In this document: positions 1 to 9,224 of the stretch, piece by piece | Position numbering within the stretch: the first letter of the stretch is position 1 | Layout of the letters: every line of letters starts with the position of its first letter | Assembly: GCA_002269645.1 (NCBI GenBank) | Contig: NIVC01003551.1 | Location: 38,309-91,723, forward strand | Direction of reading: 5' to 3' | Length of the DNA stretch: 53,415 nt | From: Macrostomum lignano | Taxonomy: Eukaryota | The notes under the pieces: model-generated | Databases searched by the model: none | What the model was told of the DNA's origin: nothing | What the model saw: only the letters and a program-made list of their open reading frames with translations | Position numbers and translations under genes: made by a program

Positions 1-2
1 CC

Positions 3-482
3 TGCAGCATTGGTGTACGCAGAATTAACTGTCCATATATACCCAAAATTGGCAGAATTAGCGCGCGCCCACCCACCCCATAACGTCTATAGAATTAACT
101 GTCCATATTAACTGTCCATATATACCCAAAATTGGCAGAATTAGAGCGCGCCCGCCCACCCCATAACGGTCCATATTATTACTTGTCCATATTTACTGTC
201 CATATATACACCCAAAATTGGCAGAATTAGCGCGCGCCCACCCACCCCATAACGTCCATATTATTACTTGTCCATATTTACTGTCCATCCCAAAATTGTT
301 GTACGCACAGAATTGTAGCGCCCGCCCACCCCATAACTGTCCACATTATTGCTTGTCCATATTTACTGTCCATATATACACCCAAAATTGGTGTACGCAC
401 AGAATTGTCTGTGACCCCCACAAAATTGGCGGTCCCACGCGGAGGCATGATGAGTCAGCCGCTGTAAATCGCCGCTATCCAC
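3..482 (+). repeat. Left terminal inverted repeat containing ~5 imperfect 80-90 bp subrepeats
   Basis: TGCAGCATTGGTGTACGCAGAATTAACTGTCCATAT (from base 3) is the reverse complement of ~9778-9813. CACGCGGAGGCATGATGAGTCAGC...GTAAATCGCCGCTATCCAC matches ~9497-9545. CCCAAAATT recurs at ~42, 124, 211, 289, 381. Confidence 0.92.
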
Positions 483-641
483 ACTGTTATATCCACTCCT
501 TCCATACTTCACTCTCTAGAATTCAGCCCTCGTCGACACTCCGAGACAATTACGTCATCCACCAACCCCCTCTCCCAAATAAGTTTTCAAAAGGCGTATA
601 TATATTTACACAAAAAGCCGGCCGAGCTTTGATACGTATAT

Positions 642-1269
642 TTATTTAGCATACACAATTGGGTGACGACCCAAAACATTTGAATAATAGCGAGCAGGAG
701 CATTTTGCAAACAGTTTACAATCAAGTATGAGTAGGGGTCGCGAGTAGCATCCTCATACGTTTTGACAAAACTTTTTGGATTAGTGGGGACCAGCTGCCT
801 TGCAATATGAGACACTGTGCTGGCATCCCGTACATTGCGGAATAAAACAAGGTAGTTCGAATTGAGCGACTGAGTTCGGTGCTCCTTACCCTTTGCAAAC
901 AGGTTTTGCACAAGATACCAAAGTCGGAACCCCACGTGGGAGACTTTGCGCGTGAAAAAAGTTGTAAAAGCGCCACTCTTTTCCATGGCATGCATTTGGT
1001 CGTCGACGACAAGCAGAATATTTGGTTCAGGGACATATTGTTCAGGATCAAATGTACACGAACGAAAATTTACAGGGTACGGCAATTCAAACAGTTCAGG
1101 ATCCGGATAGTGGCCAAACCAGTCTACGCGAATCGGCTTCGGATCTTGAAAAAATTCTTGTCTCAATAGGTTTTTCACAAGTGTGGTCTTGCCGCTTTGA
1201 GCCACCCCAGCAAAAATTGCCGGTTTTGGGGGCAAATTTTAAAGAGTCGGGGTCTATTGTTTGATACAT
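642..1269 (-). CDS. A32/FtsK-type DNA packaging ATPase (frameshift near 5' end)
   Basis: Walker A GVAQSGKT, Walker B LLVVDD, Polinton-type SH...VQNLF...RTQSLNSNYLVLFRNVRD. The ATG at 1269 (MYQTIDPDSLKFAP) joins the main frame if one A is removed from a run near 1225. Confidence 0.93.
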
Positions 1270-1292
1270 TTTGATAGGCAGCCCAATCATAT

Positions 1293-1741
1293 TTATGGAT
1301 GATGCTGCTTTATTTGTAGACAGTGATTCTGCACCATCAAGTCGTTCTCGTAAAGATTTGTGCTATAACAGTCGCGCAATATTTTTTCAATTGACAGACC
1401 CTCCAGAAAGTGTTTTCAGCCACAAATATTACATGAGCCCCGCAGGTCACACTCAGCGGATGCTGTACAGGATGCCGGTTCATGGCCACCTCCACAGGGA
1501 CATACTTTGCGATCCACAACTTTAATAAATCTGGCACAGGATCGATACACAAGGGGTCAAAAAATGTCACGCTCTCATCGGCATGAAGACAAATTAAAGC
1601 CCAGTGAGTGCCTGGTAGATTGCCAGTGTCAAAGTTAATCACGTATGCAGCAGGATAAACAGGCTGCGGAATCCTGTCAACTGGTGTTACTCGAACAGGG
1701 ACAGGTAGTATTAGACGTTCTAATATATCTAGACTATTCAT
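1293..1741 (-). CDS. Adenain-like maturation cysteine protease (frameshift near 3' end)
   Basis: INFDTGNLPGTHW, FFDP, VQHPLSVTCGAH give the His/Asp/Gln/Cys catalytic set. Adding one A near 1415 restores the typical tail KHFLEGLSIEKILRDCYSTNLYENDLMV, ending at 1293. Confidence 0.9.
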
Positions 1742-1787
1742 ATCGGCATGAATATGGTCGTTATTCGAGAATAAAAAATGTTTGTTT

Positions 1788-3051
1788 CTACACGTAGTCT
1801 AGAATAACCTGACGACCGCGAGTGATTTGCACAGTATTGTCAAAGTAGCCAAACACCAACACGTTGATTCCTGCGGCCAAGGCAGCAGAAAACTTTATTT
1901 GTAGCGTCAGATTCCCTCGCTCGCGAGGCATGCTATGCCCGCCCAGCTCCATGTCGGGCATGAGATTCCAGGCGAAGAAGCAGTAGCCAGCTCCATAGTC
2001 GGAATATGATACGTCAATATCCAGGTCCCGATTCATCTTTCCTAGGCTTTTTAGTAGCATGGCATACTCGCGAGCATAGTTATGAACACCGAATCGAGGA
2101 GTAAACGGTTGTCCACACAGACTGACTCCGTCCTTATACAGAGCGACACTGTCTGCCCAAACGGTTCAAAATTAAACGGGTTATGTGTAGCCACACCGTT
2201 GTATGCGCCGCTGTTCACCATGCCAACAACCACTAGTTTAGGCTTTTGTTCAGGAAATATATTATTGATTGACATGTCCCGAACACCGCCAGCCACTGAA
2301 GTATTGTGCATTCTGTTTGCATTCTGTTTGCCTAGTTGTTCTTCAATCTCCAATGCCAATTGGGGGTTTGCCTTGACGCGGCGCACATGTAGTTTGGCAC
2401 TCTCGAGTACTAGCCGCGCATCAACCCCGTCCGCGTGGTTTTCCAGAACGAAGCCGGAATTGTGCATGGTCAGCGTAATTACCATATCAGTGTATGGCAG
2501 TAGCATTCGGTCGTTGGTAACAAAAAAGTCTAAACTAAGAGGTCCATAAAGGTGAAAGGTGCGTGAGTTTGCCGCCATCGCCTTGCGGGCTACAAAGCCA
2601 GGATTTCCAACCACAGCCATTTGACCTCCAGCGTCCTTTGCGTAGCCCATCATTCTCAGTTGATTAGTTTTTGAATCGTGTCCGTAATTCAAACACGTGA
2701 GAATATAGGCCTTGTAAGCGTGGTTGTTATTGCTCGACTCTACGTGTGTCCCGTTGATTGTCAACGTGACGTTTTTAAACATGCTTTCAAGGACGTAATT
2801 GACCGGCGCAACATTCGAATCAGCAGCAAGATTTGTACCATTAGACTGCTTAACGCGGGCCTTAATCTCGAGGTCAATGTCGTTAAGATCGATAAACGTC
2901 TCACCACCAACAATCCTAAATTCGACCACGCTGGCATTTTCAACACTGGCAACAGGGTGAACTTCTTCAGTGGTGGCGCTAATTGCAGCAATTTGGTGTG
3001 CGCGAGGAGCAAAAGCTCGAATTCCGACTTTGTACACAGGCACTCAGTCAT
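1788..3051 (-). CDS. Double-jelly-roll major capsid protein (Polinton PY/hexon-like), split by two frameshifts
   Basis: N-terminus MTECLCTKSEFELF from ATG 3051 (shift near 3011); core PVNYVLESMFKNV...HAYKAYILTCLNYGHDSKTNQL...NPFNF; after a shift near 2135 YKDGVSLCGQPFTPRFGVHNYAREYAMLLKSLG...GAGYCFFAWNLMPD...FDNTVQI. Confidence 0.92.
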
Positions 3052-3095
3052 TTTTTCTTTCAACAGCGGCTTAGTGTGGTGCTTTAATAGACAGA

Positions 3096-3464
3096 TCACT
3101 TATTGGCACGGGTTTTTTTATTTATAGAGTCGAAAATATCAGAATGCTGCAGTCTTTTTCTCGTTTTTTTGTTAGTCATCTTTCTTCGTCTTTGTCTGCC
3201 GCTACCTCGTTGTGCGACTGTGTCCTTGAAAGCATCTTTAGCTGCCTGGACAGAGTTACGCAATGCCGCTTCTTTCAAGTTCCCGCCTTGATCGAGTGTG
3301 TCGCTAACTGTTGTAGCTAGGGCTCGTGTTCCGTGGCGAAGAATATTTTTGCCAAAACTCTTTAAAATTGGCAGGGCAAATCGGGCAATGCTGCCAAACA
3401 GGCCGTTGCCGCGCTGTGCACCGGAAAATACCGGTAAAGCTCCTCCGATCAAGATTGAAGGCAT
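3096..3464 (-). CDS. Small basic virion protein with amphipathic helix (adenovirus pVI-like / 'cupiennin'-like adintovirus protein)
   Basis: QRGNGLFGSIARFALPILKSFGKNILRHG amphipathic helix, second QRGSG motif followed by an Arg/Lys-rich tail; located between penton and MCP as in animal Polintons. Family name is from recall. Confidence 0.7.
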   Translation of the reverse strand: MPSILIGGALPVFSGAQRGNGLFGSIARFALPILKSFGKNILRHGTRALATTVSDTLDQGGNLKEAALRNSVQAAKDAFKDTVAQRGSGRQRRRKMTNKKTRKRLQHSDIFDSINKKTRANK

Positions 3465-3508
3465 ATTGTCGATCAGTTGCTACCTTTTATTCGTGAAAAC
3501 TTCTTTAT

Positions 3509-4662
3509 TTATAGCTTAATTTCACGAATGTTGATCGATAAAACAGTTTTGCCTCGAAGAATCCGATCCATTAACTTGCCCATATCGTCACAGATTTGCA
3601 CCTCAATGGTTTTGAATGGGTGTTTCACCAACGGTAAGTAGGATGGATTGACAAACTCGTAGTACTCTCGTTCGCCGTATACCTTTTCATTCAAAGGAAT
3701 TGCCCCAAGCAGGGGGACTTTGACGTCTCCAACAATGGCAGAGTCGACAATATTTGAATAGATGTACATAGTTTGTACACCATTTGTTAAATCGATTGGT
3801 CGTTTAGCGGTCTTTGGAGTTTCATTGAAAACATCTTCGCGAAAGCCGAGAATGGCAGCAAGCTCTCCAATGTCGAATAAAATGTTTTCAATGGGTTTGT
3901 ACTCACACCGGTTCAGAAAAGGGTTGTAGTGGAATGCATCCACTCTCGTCGCTGGACTTATTGGGAGCTTTGAAACGACGCCCCAAAGCGCTCCATTAAC
4001 ATAATTTAAGAGCTCATCAGGCGTGCGGTAGAATCCTTTAGCAATCCGCAGTGACGTTCTAGAAGGCCAGACACTCTTTTCAAACGTTAGAGTCATCGGA
4101 CTCTCTATGGAGGAGGAGGACTCCAATTCTATAGCGAATACTAACGAATTTCTTGGGTTTAATAAAAAAGTCGTTACTTCGATATTTGATTTATTTCCAG
4201 CGTCATCAACCTTTTTAAACATGCTACGCACATTACTGGACAGCCTAATGTTCGCACCATACCATGATTTGTTCACAATTGAAATTTGGCCTTCCTGTGA
4301 ACGCTCAATGCAAATCATCGCATTATCGTCTTGCTCATATTTTAGATCGGCGATGATTGCATCAACCACTTCGTTGGCTGTTGATAGCCCCGCGGCGAGA
4401 GAAACCGACGCAAACTGTTTATACGTGGAGGCGGGTTTTTCTCTCACCTCAATGTCAATCACTTCATCCTCGGAGCGTTGGTCAGGACATCAACCATTCG
4501 ATTATCGGGGACGGTTTTGAATTCTTTACAAAAGTAGATCCGTTCGATGCAGACTTCATGATTCGGAAAGTGGAGGGTGTCGGGCAAATTAATGCTATAA
4601 TGTGCCGAATTATTCTCAGGATAGTGCTCAACGCACGCATTGCTAGGTAGGAATAGATGCAT
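3509..4662 (-). CDS. Minor capsid protein (penton, Polinton PX), frameshifted near 4462
   Basis: N-terminal LFLPSNACVEHYPEN...INLPDTLHF...EVCIERIYF (4459-4662) and C-terminal DLTNGVQTMYIYSNIV...VGDVKVPLLGAIP...PSYLPL...FKTIEVQICDDMG (3509-4462). Confidence 0.88.
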
Positions 4663-4696
4663 TGTAATATACTACACATTTCGAGTGTATGTGTGT

Positions 4697-5763
4697 TCAT
4701 CCTTGTCTTATATTTATAACTTCCTCAACTGGTACAAATGCATTGAACGACTCGGATAGCCGCGCCAACTAACGAAATGATGAGCGACACCATTGATGAT
4801 GACATTGCGACGCAGAATTTTGTCTATAACAAAGCGGTCCGGTCGAACCGTCTTTGAAAGTTCATTATAGTAGAATCGACCCTCGATTTGTTCTCCAGAT
4901 AGGTCGGAAATGCGATAAAAATGAGGCGGTCCCGGGCATACTTGAGACACAACGTAAACTTCTTCGCTGTACATATCGTATGCTTCCTTGTCAAAGGCTC
5001 GACGAGATTTTGAAATTCTGACAAAGTCCCCTTTTTGGTAAACTGGTTCATCATATTCAGGATCCTTGTAGAGCTTTTCCCACAATTCTTTTTGATTGTG
5101 CAGACCGACACTCGAAGGTTTCATATCAATAGTAGAGTGTACTGTGTTGTTGTAACTTTCAACCAATATTGGCAAATAGTCGATCCAACGCCACGTGTTT
5201 TTATGCTCAAAGTAGCGAGCTAAACGTTTTCGGAGAGTCCTAATCAGCCTTTCAGCCATATTTGCCTTGTATACAGAGTTTGTACTGTACATTTTGATAT
5301 TATGGGCTTTCAGTAAGTTCTGCATGCGATTGTTATAAAACTCGGTACCTCGATCAACGTGTAGATATAAAGGCTTAATGGGGAAGTCTTTGATCATGCT
5401 TTCAAAAGCCTTTGGAGTGTCGCTTTTCAATTTTATTGACTGACAAAAAGCCAATTTACTAAGCACGTCAATTGCAACTAGAATATATCGATGACCATCA
5501 TTCCATTGTTCGTATCGCGACATGTCCATCAAATCCGCTTGCACAGTTTCCATGAAGCCTCCCGACATTACTTTTCCGGTTCGGAATTTTCTTTTAACCC
5601 TCTTGTGCCGGGTGTAGCTCGATTGGGTCTTCAGCCATTCGTCTGTTTGGCGTCTCGTCAGGGAGGGGACCAGCCGTTTGGCCTCCTGATATACACGGGC
5701 AGCATTTGTAAAAGCGGCGTCCCCCTGTTCGTACACTCTCCGAAGAGCGGTTTTCACCCTCAT
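4697..5763 (-). CDS. Retroviral-like (RVE) DDE integrase with C-terminal chromodomain
   Basis: QADLMDM, VDRGTEF, AERLIRTL (D-D-E); C-terminal FVIDKILRR...FVSWRGYP. One extra T restores SRFNAFVPVEEV ending at 4697. First ATG is at 5763. Confidence 0.95.
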
Positions 5764-5900
5764 TCGCAACTAGATTCGATGCACAGCATGAGTAATTACA
5801 CTTGAACTCCACAGACGGTTTGTCTGAGCAAAGCTTTGAAGTTACAGCTGCGGCACCCATGATCCAAAAACAGATTATAAATCATGAAAATGATTTCTAT

Positions 5901-6551
5901 TTATAGTTTTTTTAACGTCTCGTATTTTACTGCTGGTTTCTGCCGCCTCTTTGGTTCGCGAAGTTGGTATGAAGCATGCCTGTAGGCATTGCTGCCACGA
6001 TCTTCATATTTTTTAATTTCATTCAGGCCACTGGCTTGGTCTTTGTGGAAGTCGTTGTAGAAATCATTAGTTCCAATTGCTTGCTCGACTAAAAAATCGT
6101 CTCGATCCGGATCCGTGCCGACTTCTTTTTTCACACTGACTTCTTCTTGTTGGCGTCGTCTAGTAGAGCTTTTGCAATATCTGCCTCTTCGGCCAGGGCC
6201 CAAAAAAGCGGTACTATATTTTGGGCTTGGGCGGTCGCGCCTTTCATTCGATGTAATCTCCTTCAATAGATCGAAAATATTGCTTCCTGGCCAGGTTTTT
6301 CCATCAAATACAATTTCCCACGACTTGTTGTACTCCAAATTTGGGTATCTTTCTGCCAGCATGTCCCAAACACGTTGTTGTCGTTCAGGAAAGCGATTAC
6401 TCTTCTTTTGCTTGATCTGACTTAGTTTATTTTGGAGTTGAGTGTTGTATTCAATGAGTTTTTCATATTCTGTTTTGGATGCAATTTCTCGGGGTGCGCC
6501 TTGACTTAGTCTATTAAATTCTTCTTCTGGTACAACAACGTATTTATTCAT
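5901..6551 (-). CDS. Conserved Polinton hypothetical protein (GSNIxDL motif), probable internal frameshift near 6205
   Basis: MNKYVVVP start and WEIVFDGKTWPGSNIFDLL resemble a gene commonly found at this position in animal Polintons (recall). ATG at 6551 abuts the upstream stop codon. Confidence 0.65.
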   Translation of the reverse strand: MNKYVVVPEEEFNRLSQGAPREIASKTEYEKLIEYNTQLQNKLSQIKQKKSNRFPERQQRVWDMLAERYPNLEYNKSWEIVFDGKTWPGSNIFDLLKEITSNERRDRPSPKYSTAFLGPGRRGRYCKSSTRRRQQEEVSVKKEVGTDPDRDDFLVEQAIGTNDFYNDFHKDQASGLNEIKKYEDRGSNAYRHASYQLREPKRRQKPAVKYETLKKL

Positions 6552-6552
6552 T

Positions 6553-6909
6553 TTAGCGACCAAGTAGTCCGCCAAACAGGCTTGATATTAGCGGTGCAGC
6601 AACGAATGCAAGGATGGGTAGAAAGCCACCGACTTGAGGATTCGAGAGAAGCATATTTTTCTTCCTATTTATAGACAATTTTGTGTCTGCCAATTCACGC
6701 AACGATCTTCTGTATCGCTTTAATCGCAGATACTGTTTCGGAGAAAGATCGATATTTCCCCGGAGCACGTTGTGACTCAATTCACAGAGACAATGAATCA
6801 GTTCCTTGCCTGCACCTCGAATAATGGCCCGCCGAAGAGCGGGACGGGCTTTGGCGAGCTCTGCGAGCTCGCCGCGACAAGAACATAGTCTGGAGATTCC
6901 GTTTGTCAT
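6553..6909 (-). CDS. Conserved Polinton protein with adenovirus pX-like C-terminus
   Basis: LIHCLCELSHNVLRGNIDL...LKRYRRSLRELA...QVGGFLPILAFVAAPLISSLFGG. The GGFLP plus hydrophobic tail parallels adenovirus pX. Likely start is ATG 6909, 53 nt below a TATA motif. Confidence 0.75.
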   Translation of the reverse strand: MTNGISRLCSCRGELAELAKARPALRRAIIRGAGKELIHCLCELSHNVLRGNIDLSPKQYLRLKRYRRSLRELADTKLSINRKKNMLLSNPQVGGFLPILAFVAAPLISSLFGGLLGR

Positions 6910-7049
6910 TTTGTTTAGCAAAAAGATGTTGGTTGCAGTGCACTGCAATTTATGCACAATATATTTATAGACAATTTCATAGCAGCTTGTACGTACATAC
7001 AAATTCGGTACAGTGGTAAAGCAGTAAAGTTACGCAACAGCTACATGGA

Positions 7050-7529
7050 TTAGGCATGCAAAACGCTAGTCACATGATCGTACATTTGACAGAGCTCTTT
7101 AAAGTTTCGTATTCCAAGGAAAACAAGGCGGCCATTCTTTCCGCATAATAAACATTTAGCATTGCGAAATGGAGACTTTATTACTATTCCATTGAAAACT
7201 TCACACTCCCACTTCACCCAGCGGGACCCGGAGTATGCAATTTGGAAAAAAATTGGCCATCTGTCTACTTCAGCGCGGTAAGTACTAGTGGTAACAACAA
7301 CAGAAATTGGTTTACATTGAGGAAAAAGACGCAAAACTTGGTTGATGGAGCGACAACCGAATACAATTGCAGACAAAGAACGCTGAAAAAAGTTGATTGT
7401 ACATTTTCCTATTCGCAAATTGATAAGAGCTCTTGGTCTGCGAAATTTCCGTGCGCTCGCCCAGTCCAAGTCAGGCATGCGGCTCCATTTCGCGCAAAAC
7501 ACTCGGTTCACACACTCGACGTTCTGCAA
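7050..7529 (-). CDS. Divergent TATA-binding-protein (TBP)-like protein
   Basis: Manual alignment to the TBP core: VNRV...PDL vs QNIV...LDL; IVFGCRS vs VCTGAKS; WECEVFNG vs YEPELFPG; NGRLVFLGIRNFKELCQMYDHVTSVL vs [26 protein letters not shown]. Annotated start is TTG, not ATG. Confidence 0.7.
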   Translation of the reverse strand: MQNVECVNRVFCAKWSRMPDLDWASARKFRRPRALINLRIGKCTINFFQRSLSAIVFGCRSINQVLRLFPQCKPISVVVTTSTYRAEVDRWPIFFQIAYSGSRWVKWECEVFNGIVIKSPFRNAKCLLCGKNGRLVFLGIRNFKELCQMYDHVTSVLHA

Positions 7530-8260
7530 GTAGATTTTTCGGCTGTTTTTACTTTCGTATCCTTCTTTGGGGCTTTCGACCGCTTCTTTGATTCGTTGGC
7601 TGCTACTAGTTTCGATTGATGCTGTCGCTTTCTGGCCTGACTTTTAGGCACCTTTGGCTGCTTCTCCTTGACAAGCTTTGGTGGTTTCTTTGCTTTCTTG
7701 CTTACTTTCTTGACGCCTACCTTGATTTTTGGAGGTGGCGTCCAAAAGCAACGATCGAATGCCTGTTTGGCTTCTTCGACAAACTGTAGCTGTTGAATTT
7801 TTGGCATTGCGGTCAAAACAGCGTCTCGAATCACGGCCGTGTCGAGAGTAAACAGAATCCTGTAGTAGCCGCTCTTGTTTTTGTAATCCTCTACAGGCAG
7901 TCCGTTTTGGTCGTACATTTTAAAGTCGTGAGCCAGCCCAAACGCTGCACTGTCACCTCCAAACGCTGGGTTGTAGCCCAGCAGAGCTAGACTTTCGCTG
8001 GAAAGGTGCTCCGCCACAGTGTTGAAAGTGTAGGGTATGCAGCTTTCAATGTGTTTTTGTGCAATGATGATGAATTCGCGACCTTCGTTGTCAGTACGCA
8101 CGCCCTTGACGATCAAAACAGGGACCGCATTGGCCAAGTAGAGAGGTCCCTGTTCGTCATATTCAATGTCAAACGTTTCAACCCCGTTGAAGCTCGGACC
8201 TCGCGGTTTGAGTGCCAGCAGCTCTCGCTTGACGCAGTTGAAGTCTTGCACTGTCTCCAT
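7508..8260 (-). CDS. Hypothetical protein: globular domain (possibly OB-fold ssDNA-binding) plus Lys-rich tail
   Basis: Intact 250-aa ORF with ATG ~60 nt below TATATAAG. C-terminal ~70 aa are Lys/Pro/Ala-rich (KKVSKKAKKPPKLVKEK). Confidence 0.7.
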   Translation of the reverse strand: METVQDFNCVKRELLALKPRGPSFNGVETFDIEYDEQGPLYLANAVPVLIVKGVRTDNEGREFIIIAQKHIESCIPYTFNTVAEHLSSESLALLGYNPAFGGDSAAFGLAHDFKMYDQNGLPVEDYKNKSGYYRILFTLDTAVIRDAVLTAMPKIQQLQFVEEAKQAFDRCFWTPPPKIKVGVKKVSKKAKKPPKLVKEKQPKVPKSQARKRQHQSKLVAANESKKRSKAPKKDTKVKTAEKSTCRTSSV

Positions 8261-8275
8261 GTCTCTTGTCTGTTT

Positions 8276-8534
8276 AGAAAAATTTGCAGGTACGGGCGCT
8301 TGCAGATGCTCCGGGCTGGTGCTTATATACCCGAGAGTCTCAATAAGTTTTTGTTTTAATTACACGATAACGAGCTTTTTACAGAGTTGTCGTTATCGAG
8401 GATTCCGGAAAAATGAACCTTTTGTTCCTATTTTCGGGTGCTGGCGTTGGAGGTGTGCTGAAATCCTTGCTCCAAGTTGCTGGTAGTTCAAGCTTTGGCG
8501 GCCTGTTCCTCTTGTGCTTTGGCAGCCAAAAATT
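8276..8534. repeat. Internal direct repeat, copy A (~259 bp)
   Basis: Colinear with 8970-9224, e.g. GTGCTTATATACCCGAGAGTCTCAATAAGTTTTTGTTTTAATTACA is identical in both. Confidence 0.95.
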
Positions 8535-8891
8535 CCAAATCTTTTGTTGCTCCTCCCACGACGGATTATACAGATCTTGATGGTTCCGAAAACGTATTTT
8601 TTGGCGACGCTCTTCACTTAGTATCGGAGCCAGTAATCTCTCCATTCGTGCTAAATCAGCTTTGAATCTCATTTTGTCCCGTAGTTGCTCATTTATCCTG
8701 GCTGCTGCGTAGTCTTGGCTGTCGTAGGGGCCTTGATCAATTTCCTCGACCTTGGCATTGAAGGTGACTAATCGCTCGGAAATCGGTTTGCTGTGGCAAA
8801 TGCACAACCAGTCAGCAGATTTTTTCAAGGCCTCATATTCGTCTTTTTCCTCGTTCGATAATAGGGGGTAGTCTCTGGAAATCCAGCTCAT
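8379..8891 (-). CDS. Hypothetical element protein (ORFan)
   Basis: Intact 170-aa ORF downstream of a TATATAAG at 9013-9020; C-terminus shared with ORF 9084-9335. Confidence 0.6.
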   Translation of the reverse strand: MSWISRDYPLLSNEEKDEYEALKKSADWLCICHSKPISERLVTFNAKVEEIDQGPYDSQDYAAARINEQLRDKMRFKADLARMERLLAPILSEERRQKIRFRNHQDLYNPSWEEQQKIWNFWLPKHKRNRPPKLELPATWSKDFSTPPTPAPENRNKRFIFPESSITTTL

Positions 8892-8969
8892 TTCTTGTCA
8901 AGCACTTGCTGCGTTGTTCGCACTAGTGGTGGGGATGTTATTCGAGCTTGAAAAACTGTCGAGAATCCG

Positions 8970-9224
8970 AGAAAAATTTGCAGGTACGGGTGCTTGGTGC
9001 CCTTGGTTGGTGCTTATATACCCGAGAGTCTCAATAAGTTTTTGTTTTAATTACATGTTAACGAGCTTTTTACGGTGTTGTCGTTATCGAGGATTCCAGA
9101 AAAAAGAGACTTTTGTACCTATTTTCGGTGTTGGCGTTGGAGGTGTGTTGAAATCTTTGCTCAAAGTTGTTGGCAGTTCATGCTTTGTCGGTCTGATCCT
9201 CTTGTGCTTTGGGAACCAAAAATT
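8970..9224. repeat. Internal direct repeat, copy B (~255 bp)
   Basis: Imperfect copy of 8276-8534. Confidence 0.95.

Larger units (their letters stand above)
3119..6970 (-). promoter_or_regulatory. Six copies of a TATA-type motif (C/T)TATAAATA upstream of consecutive element genes
   Basis: Plus-strand TATTTATAG at 3119, 3506, 5898, 6666, 6962 and TATTTATAA at 4711. Each lies 42-135 nt above the ATG of MCP, pVI-like, penton, integrase, GSNI protein or pX-like gene. Confidence 0.7.

Noticed and set aside
218-649. 143-aa plus-strand ORF
   Set aside because: Lies across TIR subrepeats; no protein-like composition.
722-8665. Plus-strand and alternative-frame ORFs inside the element
   Set aside because: Antisense shadows of recognisable minus-strand genes; some alternative-frame minus ORFs are just the frameshifted gene pieces already accounted for.
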